A stretch of 64,000 nucleotides of DNA from Amphiscolops sp. MND2022 (GCA_964187785.1 OZ076413.1:46874001-46938000), one strand, 5' to 3'. Counted from the stretch's first letter, positions 47,924 to 61,818 are shown. Numbers and translations: made by a program. The notes: a model not told the origin generated them from the sequence alone.

Positions 47924-48524
47924 AAATAAAAACGTGTTTTTATTTTTTTCTTTTTACTTGCAAAAGTAAGGTTGAAAGCTTAACTTCAATGAACAGAGAA
48001 TTATTCAGCGTTCAACTGTCAGAACAAAAATGTGAGTTGCCAGCTTTCTCAACACCCAAATTTGTTCGAAGAAAACCATAGGGAAGGCCCAAAGTAGTTT
48101 TCTATGTAACTCGTGCCTTGTTGGAACTCTTCAGGTTTAAAATTTTTCTTAGGTGCGAAGCATAGCTACATGAAAAAAGCAATTTTTTTATTGTTTGAAA
48201 CATGATTTTAATTGCTGTTTGTGCAATGTCAAAACCCTGGTTAAGCCACTACATTCCAAAGGACACTTGTATTTCAGAGAGCAGAGAAAAATTATAGGCC
48301 TGTCAGCCAGAAAAAAAACTAACTTCGGATAAACGAGCCTCGAATATGAGCTAGAAATATCCGGCTATGATTTTTTGTGAATAATTGAAATTCCAGTCTC
48401 GCAGAAATTCAAATAACACAATGGATACAAAGTGTCAATCAATTCGTTGGTAACTACGTTGGGAAATTGCAATGTTTGCCTTAAGTGGACGCTTCAAAAT
48501 GACGTCATTTCGGGGTTGAGAAAC

Positions 48525-51500
48525 CTACGACGCTGGTGCATACCCAAGCTGTTTACCAACGTGTTTGGCTCCCTCCACCACATCTTGTACAGTAATCTGC
48601 GTCATATTGTAACCCTTCTTTGATAAATATTGCCCAGATAGTTTAATCAATTCAGTCAACTCGGACCTATTTTTCCCTGGATACAATTTCAATAACTCTT
48701 CTATGATGTTGTCTACTTTTCTTTTGGTAGAATTTGCAGCAGAGGAAGAGGAGTTTGTATTGGCACTGCTTGAAAGTTGTTCATTTTGAGAACCACTGGA
48801 AACTGAGTTTGATCTGGATAAAGTAACATGGTCAGTTGACGACTTTCGGGAGATGTCAGATTTATCATTGACTGGATCCATCAAAGACTTTGCACTGGAT
48901 TTAGCTGGCATATTTTTGCCATTGGAAGAAGTATCTGATTGTACATTAGCAGATGATTGCGCTGGTTCTGTTTTCTTGGAATGCGAGTCTTGCTTGACTC
49001 TCGCACCTGTGGAAACAGACTAAAGATTGATGAACAAGTAGAATACAGCATATCAATAAATTTTAAATTTATCTCAAAAATCAACAATCTCCGGGATTTC
49101 ATTTCTCTTCATTTTTAAATAAGTAAACTAAATGAAAAAACTTCAGTCTCAAACAAAATAGTGTTTACCTGTGGCATTTCCAAGTTTGGAGGCCTCTGAA
49201 GTACTTTCAGTAACAGGTTTGACTACTTGGGGTTTTTTTGTTGGCACGCGAAACGCAACTTTTGTTTGCTCCTCCTCACTTTCGGTCTCCGACGCTGACT
49301 CTGAACCACTTTGTTGTGACCCATTTTGAGGTTCTTCTTTAGCACTAGAAACTGCACTTCTGGAACTTCCTAGAACTTCTTTAGGACCAGACAGAAGCCC
49401 ACAAAACCCATTCGAAGTTCCAGGCACCGGTGGTGATACTTGCACGCGTTTAGCACCATTCAGAGAATTGAGCATTTTGTCAAAAATCTCACATCTCAGA
49501 TTGGAAATTTCCGAAGCAAGACCGGGAAAAGGGGGGTTAAATTCCCGCATTTCATTAACAGACTGCAGATCCGACAACTTGGCGATGTGCTTCATTTGTT
49601 CTAGGGAATTTCCAGTCAACTTAGTTTCAACTCTGGTCACCGCTTCTGCAATGAAAAGAAGTTCCGTAGATGGTAGGGCGTTCTGCATGTAAAGCTTTCC
49701 CAAAAAATTTTTCAGCTCAGCAACCTGCAACTCATTTTGAGCTGACTTGAAAGCTAGCAACTTTTTCTCGGTTTCGAAATTAGGAGCAGATTGACATGAA
49801 ACATCCTGACGCTGACTGGCAGTCAAGGCCTCGGTGATGAGACTTTTAGCGTCTGAGCTGGATGACTGCTTGACCGTGGTACGCAACTTTCGTTCCAACT
49901 GCTCTTTCTCCATCTTCAAGGACCTGATTTCAACCTGTAATTTGTTCATTTCTTCCAGCATCATGTCAAACGTGTGCTTTTTAGATTTTGGAACCTTTGC
50001 ATTTGAATGAAGCAACAGAAGCCTTTTCTGATCTTGCTTCAGGGCCTCCACTTGACTTTGGTTTATGTAATTTGACGCAACCAGCTGCTTTATCTTCGAG
50101 TCAAAACCAGTTACACCATACGCGCTTGTTGACTTTGAATCAACCTGAAACCGTGAAAACGTCATTCCCCTACCTCAAGGATTGGCCCTCTCAGGGATTT
50201 GGCAAGTTTCTGCAACGAAAATGAAATTTCAAAATGAAAATCTGTCGGGAACTAAAAGTATTCTGGCAAACCTTTCTGGAATTGATATTTTTAAATATCA
50301 ATTCCAGATAGGTTTGCCAGATTACTTTTAGTTCCCGACAGATTTTCCGAAAAAAGCTCAAGAAATGCAAGCATTGGCGTCACTAAATTGAAAAGGAGCT
50401 TAGAAAGGATAGAAAACAGGATGACTTACCACATCAATCTGGTCAACCTGGTATTAACCACATGAAAGATGATGTTCGAGTACTTAACATTTCGAAAGAT
50501 TGGACATGATTTTTAGCATCTTGCAAACTAAACATTCTCATAAGTTGCTTTTCAGCCGATTTAAGCATACCAAAAATATCCCAGATTCCTTCAAAATGTC
50601 TTGAGAACTTACCGATGGTTTTTCGGAGTCCTTCTCAAGCGCAGACGATTGGAGCGAATCTTTACTGAGCAGAGGCTCTTTGAAATGCGGAAGAGATTCA
50701 CTCGAGGTAATTGGCTCCTCCGAAACATTGCGAGCTAACTCATCCAAACCATTCAATGAGACAAAATGTGAACTTTTTGGCGTCGAATTTAAAGTATTTG
50801 TTGCAGGATATTCGGGTTCAGGTTCTAAAACAGATCTATTTTCGAACTCTACTGAAAACGTTATGGAATCCAGACCCTCAGCGATAGGTTCAGCTGAAGG
50901 CTCTAGATGGGTTTCAGATATGGTCTTAGTGTCAGCAGATGACAGTTCTTGAGGTTCAGCTTTCATAAATGAAGGCATGAAAACAGGAGCATCCGGTCTC
51001 AACTGCTTACCTGACTTACTTTCAGATCTAAAAGATTCCAAATCCACGTCATTCACACTTTTTTCAGTCATCGTACCCTCATCAACATCTCCATTAGAAC
51101 CAATCATAGCTTCAACTTCCTCAGATGTTGGGGGTTCGTTGAAGGATTCGGGAATCGTTGGGTCAACAGTTAACTTTTCAAACTCGTTTTCAAGCTGAGG
51201 CATTTCTTCTGAGTGAAAATCAACAGTTTCAACTTCATATTTCTCAGGTACAGAAGCCAATGACACAGAGCTACTTTGCTCATTTTCAACAACGGATGCA
51301 AAGAGATCTGATTCGACTCCTGGTCCACATAATGACTGCTTTTCAAAAGATTCATTCAAAAATCTATTGCTAGTTTGTGGCAAAATCTTTTGCAGCCCCT
51401 CTTGGGAAACCAAATTGTTAAGGTTGCATTCACTCGGCGATGGCGTTTCGGAGAAGGAGTCATTATTGCCATCAGTGGCTTTGTTGTTCAGAATAACCTT

Positions 51501-51569
51501 CACGTCATCATCGTCTTCATCAGAAAAACGGAGATCCTCCAATTCTTGGTGGACAGAATCGTCAGCCAT
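48525..51569 (-). CDS. Predicted ~822-aa acidic/Ser-rich protein with PAM2-like motif, coiled coil and C-terminal helical domain (TTC3/DZIP3/RBM44-like by eye)
   Basis: Exons 51569-50613, 50447-50430, 50209-50174, 50144-49169, 49006-48525; GT-AG introns, phases 0,0,0,1; in-frame stop just upstream of ATG. Motifs QLRPDAPVFMP and VDNIIEELLKLYPGKNRSELTELIK. Confidence 0.75.
50237..50346. repeat. Long near-perfect inverted repeat (~54-bp arms) in intron
   Basis: AAAATCTGTCGGGAACTAAAAGTA...GATATTT / AAATATC...TACTTTTAGTTCCCGACAGATTTT. Confidence 0.9.
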
Positions 51570-51938
51570 GATGAATCACGTGGTTTTCATGAGCTCCATG
51601 TTTCTTAATTATGTTCTTGATGATAGTCGGATGATAGAAATTCAAGTCATTTAAACTGAAAACAAACTTCAAGAATTAGAAGCGTGTTATTCGGGTGAAA
51701 TGAAAATTGCACACACAAAAATTGGCACAAATATCAGTGGAACACAAATTCAAGCGCAACATGGTCCAAAGTTAGAAAATAAATGTTTGATGAAATTCGA
51801 TTTCACTTTTCACGCATCAAAAAACAAGCATTTCTATTCTAATAAACAATTCCACAAACGAAAGCACGACAAGTATCAATAATTGCAACATCAAATCAAC
51901 ATCATGGAGGAAACAAAGTGATAAGATCGGATTCCGAT

Positions 51939-54900
51939 TCATTCTATCTCTATCTCCGATTCAACTAATCCATTTTGGAAGCAATTCACATCTATTGACT
52001 CAGTGTATGTGCTGCTCTCACTTGTTACGGTACTATGATTAACCATTTCATTCACATTACAGTTTTCAGCGCGACGTAAAACTAGAGGATTGAACGGTGA
52101 ACTTTGGGTTCCAATTTTGGAGCTCACTTTCAACACATGATCCACAACAGAATTTCCACACTGTATCTCATTTGTTACATCTGACGTCACAAACATGCTG
52201 TTTGAGTTACGATTAGACGTACTGAGGAGACTGGTTAGCGGGGATTCTTCAGCGGATACGACCTCATCTGGCATCTTGAACTTTGACCCTTGAGGTGTCC
52301 TGAACAGGTCATCCAATGAGAAAGAAGTATCCAGAGCGTCAACGGATGAAGTTGTGCTACAAACTGGCTCCAGGGATATGTCCAACATGCTTGTTTTTGG
52401 GTCACCACTTTTAGGAGTGCAGAAGACGTCTGAAAAACTTGCCCCATCGCCTTCTTGCCTTTTACTATCGCCAGGCTAAACGCAATCTCTATGTCAAGCC
52501 AAGGTGAAACATATACATTAAATAAAATGCACGTCTCGTTCAAAATGTTATGCAAAACAATCAGTGGGATTTCAACTTCTCGGATCTCAAAGTTTATCGG
52601 TGTAAGGTCTCTAATCAAATTGCTTTATAATAGCGCAAATGATTCACGCATATATGTGCAAACTTACTAGTATTTAATATTGATACGTACCAGAGAAATG
52701 GTTTCTTGCAACCCTTCTGGCTCCATAATTTTTGATCCACTAGGAGGCAATAACGAAGTAGCGACGACAGGAATATCAACAGTTGTTTGTGATAAACTTC
52801 CAATATTTGGTGATTGCGAGAATGACATTGATGGAATATTAACTGTGGCAACAGGAGACGATGTTACTCTGATTGAGGTGAATTTTCCTTGGCACGTTGG
52901 GATAACTTCACCTCTAGAGACATCCAACAAGAGAGATGGAGACCCTATTGGTCTTTCTGATTCAATACAAGCACTGCTTCCTCCGTTATTGCACGATAAA
53001 CTTTCGACTAAAGAAAAAACATTCAGTCGATCCAATGCACAAAGTTTTTTTACTATTCTTGGACGGTAGTTTAGAACGGTGCAGCTATAAAATGTTTCAA
53101 TTTTAGTGAAACTACTGGCTGGATGTAAATTTAGTTTTTCCTTCATAAAAATCGAGGAAATTGTATTTTTTCAAGTATCCAGTCGAATAACCTGTTGCGT
53201 GGCATTACTTCCACTTACCCGGCAAATGAGCTAGACGCAAATTAGAAATTTAGGAAATGAGTTCAAGTTTTTTGAGTAATGAAGACACATTTTAGATTCA
53301 GATAAAGAAGCGTGTAAACAACTTCCTCGAATCAATTGCTTGATTTGAACGATGAAAATCGAATCCACCCTCCAGACAGTTCTAGTTGTTTGGAAAAATT
53401 CTTACTTTTCTTGTTCAATTTCAAAGACGGTGGTTTTTTCATCACCCCAGTTGCATTTTTTTGAAACCTGAAAATAGACTTTGAAACTCCACGTGAATCT
53501 TCGGTAGAAGCCGTCTTTGTGGTGCTGATATGTGGGTTGCTAGAAGTGACAAAGAACGGTTGTCTCGACGGAGCAAGATGTAAATCTGAGTGTTTCGCGT
53601 CATCAACAATAATAATCTGTTCATCATAATCGTCAATGGGAGTTTTGTCATCAAGAATGATGTTTTCAATCTGATGGTACGACGAATGACTCATATCTGG
53701 ATGGTAAGGGCTTATAAAACTATCAATAGTCATCAAATCGTCGGAGGGTAGTGACATTGAATTCTTTTGCAAGCCAGAATCTGCTTTTTTTCTCATGCAA
53801 TTAAGCAGAATGTCAGATGTCTGAAACATTAATGGTTCATTTGAATATTTCAATATTTTAGCCAGTTAGCAGAGCTACACAACTCCAACTTAACCATTTT
53901 TTTTTCATACCACACAACAAACACGCGGTTCTATTTCCTTTTAGTAATTTTTAGAAAGCATTATTGAACTCTACTCTGATGAAGCATGACAAAAATTTTC
54001 ACTATCTAATAATCCATATGTTTTACCGACATGCCCCCTCCGTACTATGGGCACATACAAGCTAATCAACAAATATAATTTGTAGCTTCATTACACACGG
54101 TCTTATTTTGTTACAGAAAAAAGTTCCCAATACACGCAACACACCTCACAAAAAATAAGGTGAAAGTTTTAAAAAATTAGAACTTACAGCATGGTCGCAT
54201 TTGGAACTCAAAAAGTTGAGAAAGCACAAGGTTGAAGTTATCAGTTTGGGACTTCTCATCACTCGTTGTCTGAACTGATCAATCTCTGCGTCAAGTCGGA
54301 AACGCAATTGATCAATGTCGAAATTTCCCTTCGATTCTTTCTTGAATTTGTGAAACAAGTGATATACCTGGAAGAAACTATATACTTCACAGCGCTGACT
54401 TTGTTATTCCGTGAAAATTGGCGATTGCAAGGCTCAACAAGCCGAGAACGGCCAAAGTCGGCGCTATATCTAAGGCTCAAAAAGTGCAAAATTTTCAAAA
54501 TATGCACATGACGTTTTTTTATGAAGTTTCACAAAGAAGACTCACAAAGAAGTTTCATCCAAAGGAAGCCTTCCGTGCTGGGAAAACGCTTCAGAAGTTC
54601 GGATATAGCGAGCACTTGTTTTCGAACCTCCGCCTCTTCCTCAGTGAAACGGAATATACTTCGGAAATAACGTCAACACAGAGGCGAATCGGTGCTTCGC
54701 AACACATGACGAAGACATCGATTATTTTAATATGCGTATATAAATTATTTTAATCGCATGCGTATATATTCAACAGTTCAACTTTGTTCAATAACGTCCC
54801 TATGGCACAGTGGTCAACACTTATGCCGTGCAATCGGGAGGCTGCAGGTTCGAATCTCTCTGGGGTTTTGGCTTTTTTCTAAAAGGCGCTCATTATGAAG

Positions 54901-57900
54901 TTGACTATAGTGGAAAAAAACTTACTTAGCTGGACTGCAATGCACATTGACTTTGTCATGTGCAAAAATTCGGATATAGCGCTTTACTCCGGATATTACG
55001 TTCAAATTTCGGATAGTATTGAAAAAAAATATTGGTGGATATGTATTGAGAAAACCTAATGTCACATGAAAAATGACAATTTTGAACAGTCTCATAGTGC
55101 CGAAAAATCTGAAAGGGGGACCCTTTGGGATTTTCAAACATCTATTATGTTCCAAAATATCAAAAAAATTGAAGGGGGACCCTTTGGTACAATCAAAAAA
55201 TTTTGGAAAAAAAGTCATAGTGTCGAAAAAAATCCAAGTTGAAAACACCCAGATAGCAAAAGTGGGGATCCTTAGTTGTTTTCAAGGTTCTGAACGTCGG
55301 TTTTATAATTTTGGATGGTTTGCGGAATGTTTTGGTCAAACTGAACAAATGAACAAAAAAGTGGACCTTTCGTGTCTAAAAAAAACTACCCACTGTAATA
55401 GTCGGGCACATTTTCTACTAAAATGCGCCGACTAAAAAACACTTCTCTCTGGAAAGAAATGAACTTCAAGAAATACTTTTATTATTTCCATATGAAATTT
55501 CATAATTACTCCAATGTTAAATGTTTAAATGAACTGGACACCCCTGATTGTCAAATGCTAGCGGATTGAAGGTGATGGGTTCTACGTCGATGATTCCCTG
55601 TTCATATTCCAATTTCTTCTGAGTTTCGCGTTGTTTGGAATTGGATATTTGTTGAAGCATTTTTAAATTACCTCCAAAATAATTCGGCTTCCGAGCTGGT
55701 TCATTTTCAATCAAAATCATTTTTCACCATGATGGGACCAATTCGTATATTAAAGTAAGGTACTTTACTTGAATAAATGAAAAGTAGACTTTTTGAACTC
55801 AGTCCTTTGAAGGTAGTAAAAGGAATGCAAAAATAACTATAGAGAAAAAAGTGAAGTTACGATAAACGTAAATAATGATAGCAACCAACCTGTCGATAGC
55901 TTATGTCAAATGGCATATCGGAGCAGCTGAAGCCAGTACTCGAACAATTTTGAGTGACACAGCTCATGGCGGTGCAGCCAGGGAAGGTTTTATTGCATGG
56001 AAAAGACGTTTTCAGGAATTCAATAACTTCAACAGGAGTCAATCCTGCTTGGAACAGATCAATCATCGCTTCCTTCTGGTCTCGCGTTAAATGTGGTCTG
56101 CAATACTTTGTTGTACCGAAGTCTAAACGAGAGACCGATGGGCTCGCAGCAAAGATTTCAACAAAAACATGTCAGAAAACCGCCCGAAATATAAGACCAG
56201 TATTCTAATAGCGCTCATCAGTTGTTGCACTCCTGGAATCAATTGCATCCTGGTTCAAATTGATCCAAGGCATGTTTCCGAGAAAAGTGTTGAAAAGCTT
56301 GGCTTTTAAGCTTAAACTTTGTCTCGAATATTTCTTTACTTTTGTCAACGGTAGTATTGAATCTTCCACATTTGATCACATCAGCCTTGTCACAAGTTAA
56401 AATTGTTCTATGGCTTTCAAAAAAAAACGAGCCGACAATATCTCAGGTGTAGTTAGTTGGGTGACGATAATTTGCAATGACAAATTCATTAGTTCAAACT
56501 ATTTGCAATGAAAAATTCATTAGTTTTCAGAGCTTGGGGTTTCAAAAGCTGTTAAGAAATTTGCTGCACTCTTTTGGCGTTGTGGGAAATAGACCAAGCT
56601 AGGAATGTCCGTATTGCCAAACATTTGGCTCTACTTCAGAAAAAAAATTATTGAAAATCGAGAAACCGATTAAAATAAACTGTAGTGTAAAACGGCAAAT
56701 TGGGATAATAAAAGGGCATTAGGGCATCGTTAGTATAACGACTGGATCGAGAAAAGTGTGAAAAAAACGTCGAAACATGGAATGACATGTTTTTCTGACA
56801 GAATTCAAAAGCTTGAAAAAAACTTGTGAGAACCTACTGTATAAAATGTAGTAGATAAATCATGAAGAAACGTAAAGTACGAGGAACATCTTTCAGCGTT
56901 CACAAAGTATAGCGGAAAATATATTTTTTCTCTAGCTTCATTTACGCGTTTTTACAAATCAATATACTCTAAAGCCTTGTTGTTCGCTTCAAAGAACACA
57001 GAAAAATTGGGAGTCATTTCAATTTATTTATCATCACCAATATATACAATTTGAAAACCCTGACATCATCATCGGACCACTTACATCAAGCAAAGTTCGG
57101 GCTGCAACTGACTTCATAGTGCAAAACGTGGGAATTATTGTTTAACCGCCTTCTAGGGAGAGGGTTCCAAAAAGATTTAAAAATTGCAAATTATGAACAA
57201 ACCTGACAAACCGTGATTGTGTTGCATGAAAAGGCAAATGTGAGCGAATCCATTTTTGAGAAGGGCCATTTTGATAACTGCATTGCAAGGTTCCTCTCCT
57301 CGAACTCCATTCCTAATAATAAAATTACTTATAATGTTGCATGTTGCAAAATAAAACAATTCAGCATAGCAATTTAGGATCTTTTCTGTCATCCCCCAGC
57401 CTACACAAGCCAAGAAAATTACCCCCCGTCAATGGCTTATGCTTGCTACCAAGCATGCGCACACTATTATTTCTGCTTTAATTTTTCATCAATAATAGAA
57501 TTATATCTGGAATACCAATGCACTCCTGTTTAATCATTATTTAGCGCACAATTAATCACTGTACCAGTTTATACGCCTTTAAATCTCGGACTAAAGCAAA
57601 TATAACTACTAAGCGTAGACAAAGTTTCGCATTCGCATTTGAATGCAGGCGAATCTCTCCGTGAAGGAATAATTAACACTCATTAACTTCATCTCAATAA
57701 CTCGGGGCAACGAAAGCATAATTACGAACATTCGCTCGCTTCATCTCAATGACGTCAGCATACGAATGGATAATTACCACTCGCTCGTTCCATCGCACTA
57801 GAATTGAATTGTCGTCGGCAGCTTGAGAAATTTAATTCCCACGCTTACAGTCACTGCCGAACAAAATATCTGAATTATTCGGTATCTTGCCAAGAATTTT

Positions 57901-58472
57901 ACTGAAAAAAAGTAGGCATCTTCAGATTGCAAGTCCGAAAATCAAGCTAAAACCACGAAGTTTTCTTTTGTTCGAATATTTTCTGAAGGGGCAATTGCAT
58001 CCCACGCTAATTTACGCTAAACAAGGCGAAATTCACGCTGAATTCTAAGCTCAGGTGATTGATTTGACGCATCGAAAATATTGAAATTAGACTGCTTTTT
58101 TGTAAGACACATCGCCGGTAAATAAAACTTCGAGCCTGAAGAAGAACGTTAACTTAGACCGCTCCCGTCTTGTTGAAGATTACTTCCGACTGCTTACTTC
58201 AGATTACTTAATGATTAGTATTTGCAATTTGAACATTACAAATATTGAATTAAAAATACTAAAAGACTATACTTGTCTTTGATGTTTCTTTTGCACGCAC
58301 ATTTTCGCTTTGCTTTGAACAGGTTCAAGCGAGAGCCAGTTGGAACCTTCTCGACTCGCGTGGCTCTGAAAGGACAATGGATTGCCTCTTCGAAAGACGT
58401 TGTCCATTGCAGAAGTTCTTCCACTGCTTTGCACGGGAAAACAACTTCAGCCTCATACCCACTGCTCAACAT
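51939..58472 (-). CDS. Predicted ~667-aa protein with MULE/FAR1-type zinc finger and HTH followed by Ser-rich low-complexity region
   Basis: Exons 58472-58273, 57312-57203, 56122-55890, 54367-54188, 53820-53406, 53230-53219, 53007-52691, 52475-51939. All GT-AG, phases 2,1,0,0,1,1,0, total 2004 nt open. Motifs KRKCAC...PCNAVIK...HNHGL and LTRDQKEAMIDLFQAGLTPVEVIEFL. Confidence 0.75.
54436..55439 (-). mobile_element. HINE copy (intronic) with nested tRNA-carrying element
   Basis: AACAAGCCGAGAACGGCCAAAGTCGGCGC...GCGCCGACTAAAAA. Confidence 0.8.
54675..54965 (-). mobile_element. HINE-like element carrying a tRNA-derived segment, copy 2
   Basis: Matches 44916-45206; splits the host unit CGTCAA|AAATTCGGATATAGC inside an A run, with no clear TSD. 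Confidence 0.75.
57468..57880 (+). repeat. Unclassified dispersed repeat, copy 2 (intronic)
   Basis: Aligns with 4803-5171, plus a short internal duplication of CTTCATCTCAAT. Confidence 0.85.
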
Positions 58473-59819
58473 CTTGAAATTGTTCACACTCAAGCGATGC
58501 TGACCTTAAGCAAGTCAAAGTTGGAGTGTGTACTTAAAAAGTACACGTCTGTTCTTAAAAGTACACGCCAAAAAATCTAATGTCTTTGGCTGTAATGAAG
58601 GAAGTAGTCTGCTTTAGAAGAGGACACCCTTCCTTCAGCCTGCCATCAATTTTCCGATTGCTACAAAAAAACGAGAACTGGTTCGGAACTCGCTCACCGA
58701 CAAAATATACGAATTAAAGATATTAGATATCGGGAATTTTTGAACAAGGCGCCAGCTGAGCGGCGGGATATTTTCAGCCCCGAAACAAATTAGCTGCATT
58801 TCATGAAGCTCGAACTTCAAAACTTTTATTTCACGCCTTGCTTTGAAAAACACTGAAGGAATGTTTCTCCCAATAAAGTATGATTAGCAGTCGAACTTTT
58901 TCTTGTACAACTCCTTGGATATTTATACTATCAAAACATGCGAAGATTATCAAAGAAAGAAAAAAGCATGAAGCGATCGCAAATGGTCATTTTTAAGCGC
59001 TTGATTAGGTATTTCGTCAAATATAAAAAATCCTCAGCTTTGAGAAAACCGCTAAAAAGTCAAATATTGTTGTCTTCGAACGCTGTGGTAATTCATACCC
59101 ACTCAGAAGTTCGAAAAATGTACGGAAATGAATTACAACGGTTGAAATTGCAGATAAGTTTTTGTGGGCTTCTTTGAAGAACTTCTTAGTGGTCGAAAAA
59201 TACATGTTACTTATAGACACTGTAAGGAGGCCCTGCAACTTGCAGCGTACTGACACCCAAATTCTTTTCACTGACACGCCCTCTATGTAATAAGGGCAGA
59301 AAATATTCTCTCTAACCAAATCCCGGTTTCAGTACGCGCGGTTCGTATTATTTGATAAAAATGAAAAATTACCACGGTTGAAATTGCAGAAAAGTTGATT
59401 TTTGTGGGCTTTTTAGCATAAAAAACATCATTTTTTTAAAAAAAATTACTGGATAGTTGTTCTGTTCATCGACCAATTCTAAACTGTGAGAATGATTGAA
59501 AAGTGTGCAAAAAATTGTCACTGAAGTTCCAAATATAGAGATTTTCGGATTATTTACAACTTAGGGGGCATTTTGACACTTTCAAAATAACGTTTCTGTT
59601 CTTAAAAGTATGCTGCATGGATACTCATCTCAATTCTCAACACTGTGTGCAGTAAAACTCACCGAAATGTCCCGAAGTTGGACAACTGCAACGACGTGCC
59701 AAAAAAGAAAAGCTTTTCCGCTAGTTATTTGCATAATTCAAAGGCAATGCAATAAACTACAGATTGCTCTTTTGAAAGGTTTCCTGGAATGTTTCATTTC
59801 TGAAATATGTAGATTTCCA

Positions 59820-60328
59820 TATTCTGGACATTACGTCAAAATTTCGGAAAGTATTGTAAAAAATATATTTGTTGGTATATATTGAGAAAACTTAATTTCA
59901 GCCAAAAAAATTGAAAAAATCTCAAAGTGACAAAAAATGTAAGAGGGAAGACCAACTGGGCTTTTTGAAACTCAGTTTCTTGCAAAATATCGAAAAAATT
60001 GAAGGGAGGACCCTTTGGAAACAAAAAATTGGACGCACAGTCGCACAGTGCCAAAAAAATTCAACGGGGGACCCTGCAGTCTCGTCCAGTTTTGTATCTT
60101 AGGTTAAAAATGGAATAAATGAAAGGGGGACCCTTTGCACTTACTTAGATGCCTTTCCGCTTGCCGGTCCAATAGTTTAGTAATTCTGTAAAAAGTGTTC
60201 ACTACGCATACATTGTCACAATTTTTAACGGTTGTCAATTTTTTTAACGGTTATCTGGCGAAAAAAAACTTGGCACTTTAATAGTCGGAATTTTTTCCTG
60301 AAAAGAAGGGAAACGCGCCGACTAAAAA
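59820..60328 (-). mobile_element. HINE copy, partial
   Basis: GGGGACCCT units, similarity to 880-1075, ends GCGCCGACTAAAAA. Confidence 0.65.
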
Positions 60329-61818
60329 TGGACTTTGTAGCTTTTTGGGGTTAATTTTAGAGCTTTTTCAAAAGAAATACGATTACTATGCGTAACAGCG
60401 TACGGGATAGCTAGCTGCTTCGTTGTTGCGATCTGGGGATGTTCTAATCTTTCGAAACCTTCGAAATCTGTTTGAAAAATACCTTGAAAAAATCTTAATT
60501 TTGGGCATTAGCAAATTCTTCAAAAAGCGTCTCGGATAGCTGGTTGCTTCGGCTTTGATATTCTTTTGAATATTCTAACTTACGAATGTACTCAGAAACT
60601 ACAACAATCGCAAAAAAGTTTGACTTTTGACCATTTAGGAGTGAACCAAAAAAAAACGGAAACCAAAATTAGGTTGTTGAAAACTCCGCCGCGGAGTAAA
60701 AGCAGCGGTCATTTATTAAGCTTCAAGGTAACCTGTCATAACTTGAAGTTGACAAATGGTGTACAGTCAAAAAGATCCACAGCAACTATTCGACGTATAT
60801 CGCCACTATTCCTGACAATTTTCAAAGAATATGAATCTTAATGATACAATGTTGCTCAAACGCGAGCAATTAACGGGTATTTGCTGAAGAACCTACCTAA
60901 CTGGCACCATTGAATAACAATCTTGGTAACAAGGAATTTACGGAAGGTACCTACTCCGCTGAAGTTTAGAAATCATTGATTTCGCCATCTTAATAAGGTT
61001 TTGCATCATTTCTCACTATCTATTCAACTCTTAGATTAAAATACAGCTTTGACGTCTACTCAAACTTGGCATACAAAAGCTAGGTTTGCGGTAACAGCTA
61101 CGGACCTGTCCATTCCACAAGAAATTCGCGAAGTCTCACAATGTTGTCTGGTTTAGAAAACCCGATTATGGCTTCATCAGAAGATAACATGTCCATCTTA
61201 TGTGATTCTGTTTCAACTGATGATGTCAGATCACTCTTCTCTACTTTGAGAGCCTTGTGGTCTCGACCCAGGAGATCAACCAGAACATTGGCTACGAGTT
61301 TCTCTTGGTCGGCCGAAATATCTTTTATCGATCGTTTCGACATCATATCTGAAATGAGTCGGGAACGGCATACGTTGGCGACCAGCTCAAAAATGAAATA
61401 ATTCAAATGAATTTTGAATGCCATATCACAAAAATATTTGACCAAGGTCAGAATCAAACCCAAGATTTGTCGTCTAAACACTAAGTAAGCTGTCCTTTGA
61501 ATTCACCTGTTGAACATTGAGTAGGTTTTTTTTCGAAATATTGATTGCAAAATCGAACAAACAACTTTGTTGACTGCAATAACATGACCAGGGTTTTCAA
61601 AAAAAGTTCAGAACGTTAACACCATAATTTGAACTCTTAACCAGAGCCGCATATGCAGTAAAGGAGTCGACTTAGGTCTTTTGCCTTCTGACTCGCTCGA
61701 ATCCCAGTCATACGAATTTATTGAAATCGCACACATAGGACCATATTAGGGTGTAGAATGACTGTCAAAAATTTCGTTTGAATCGTATGGAGTTTTTGAA
61801 AATAACGAAAAATGGCTG

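Noticed and set aside
61098..61481. 127-aa ORF as a gene
   Set aside because: Protein-like composition but no recognisable motif and no consistent exon chain; left uncalled.
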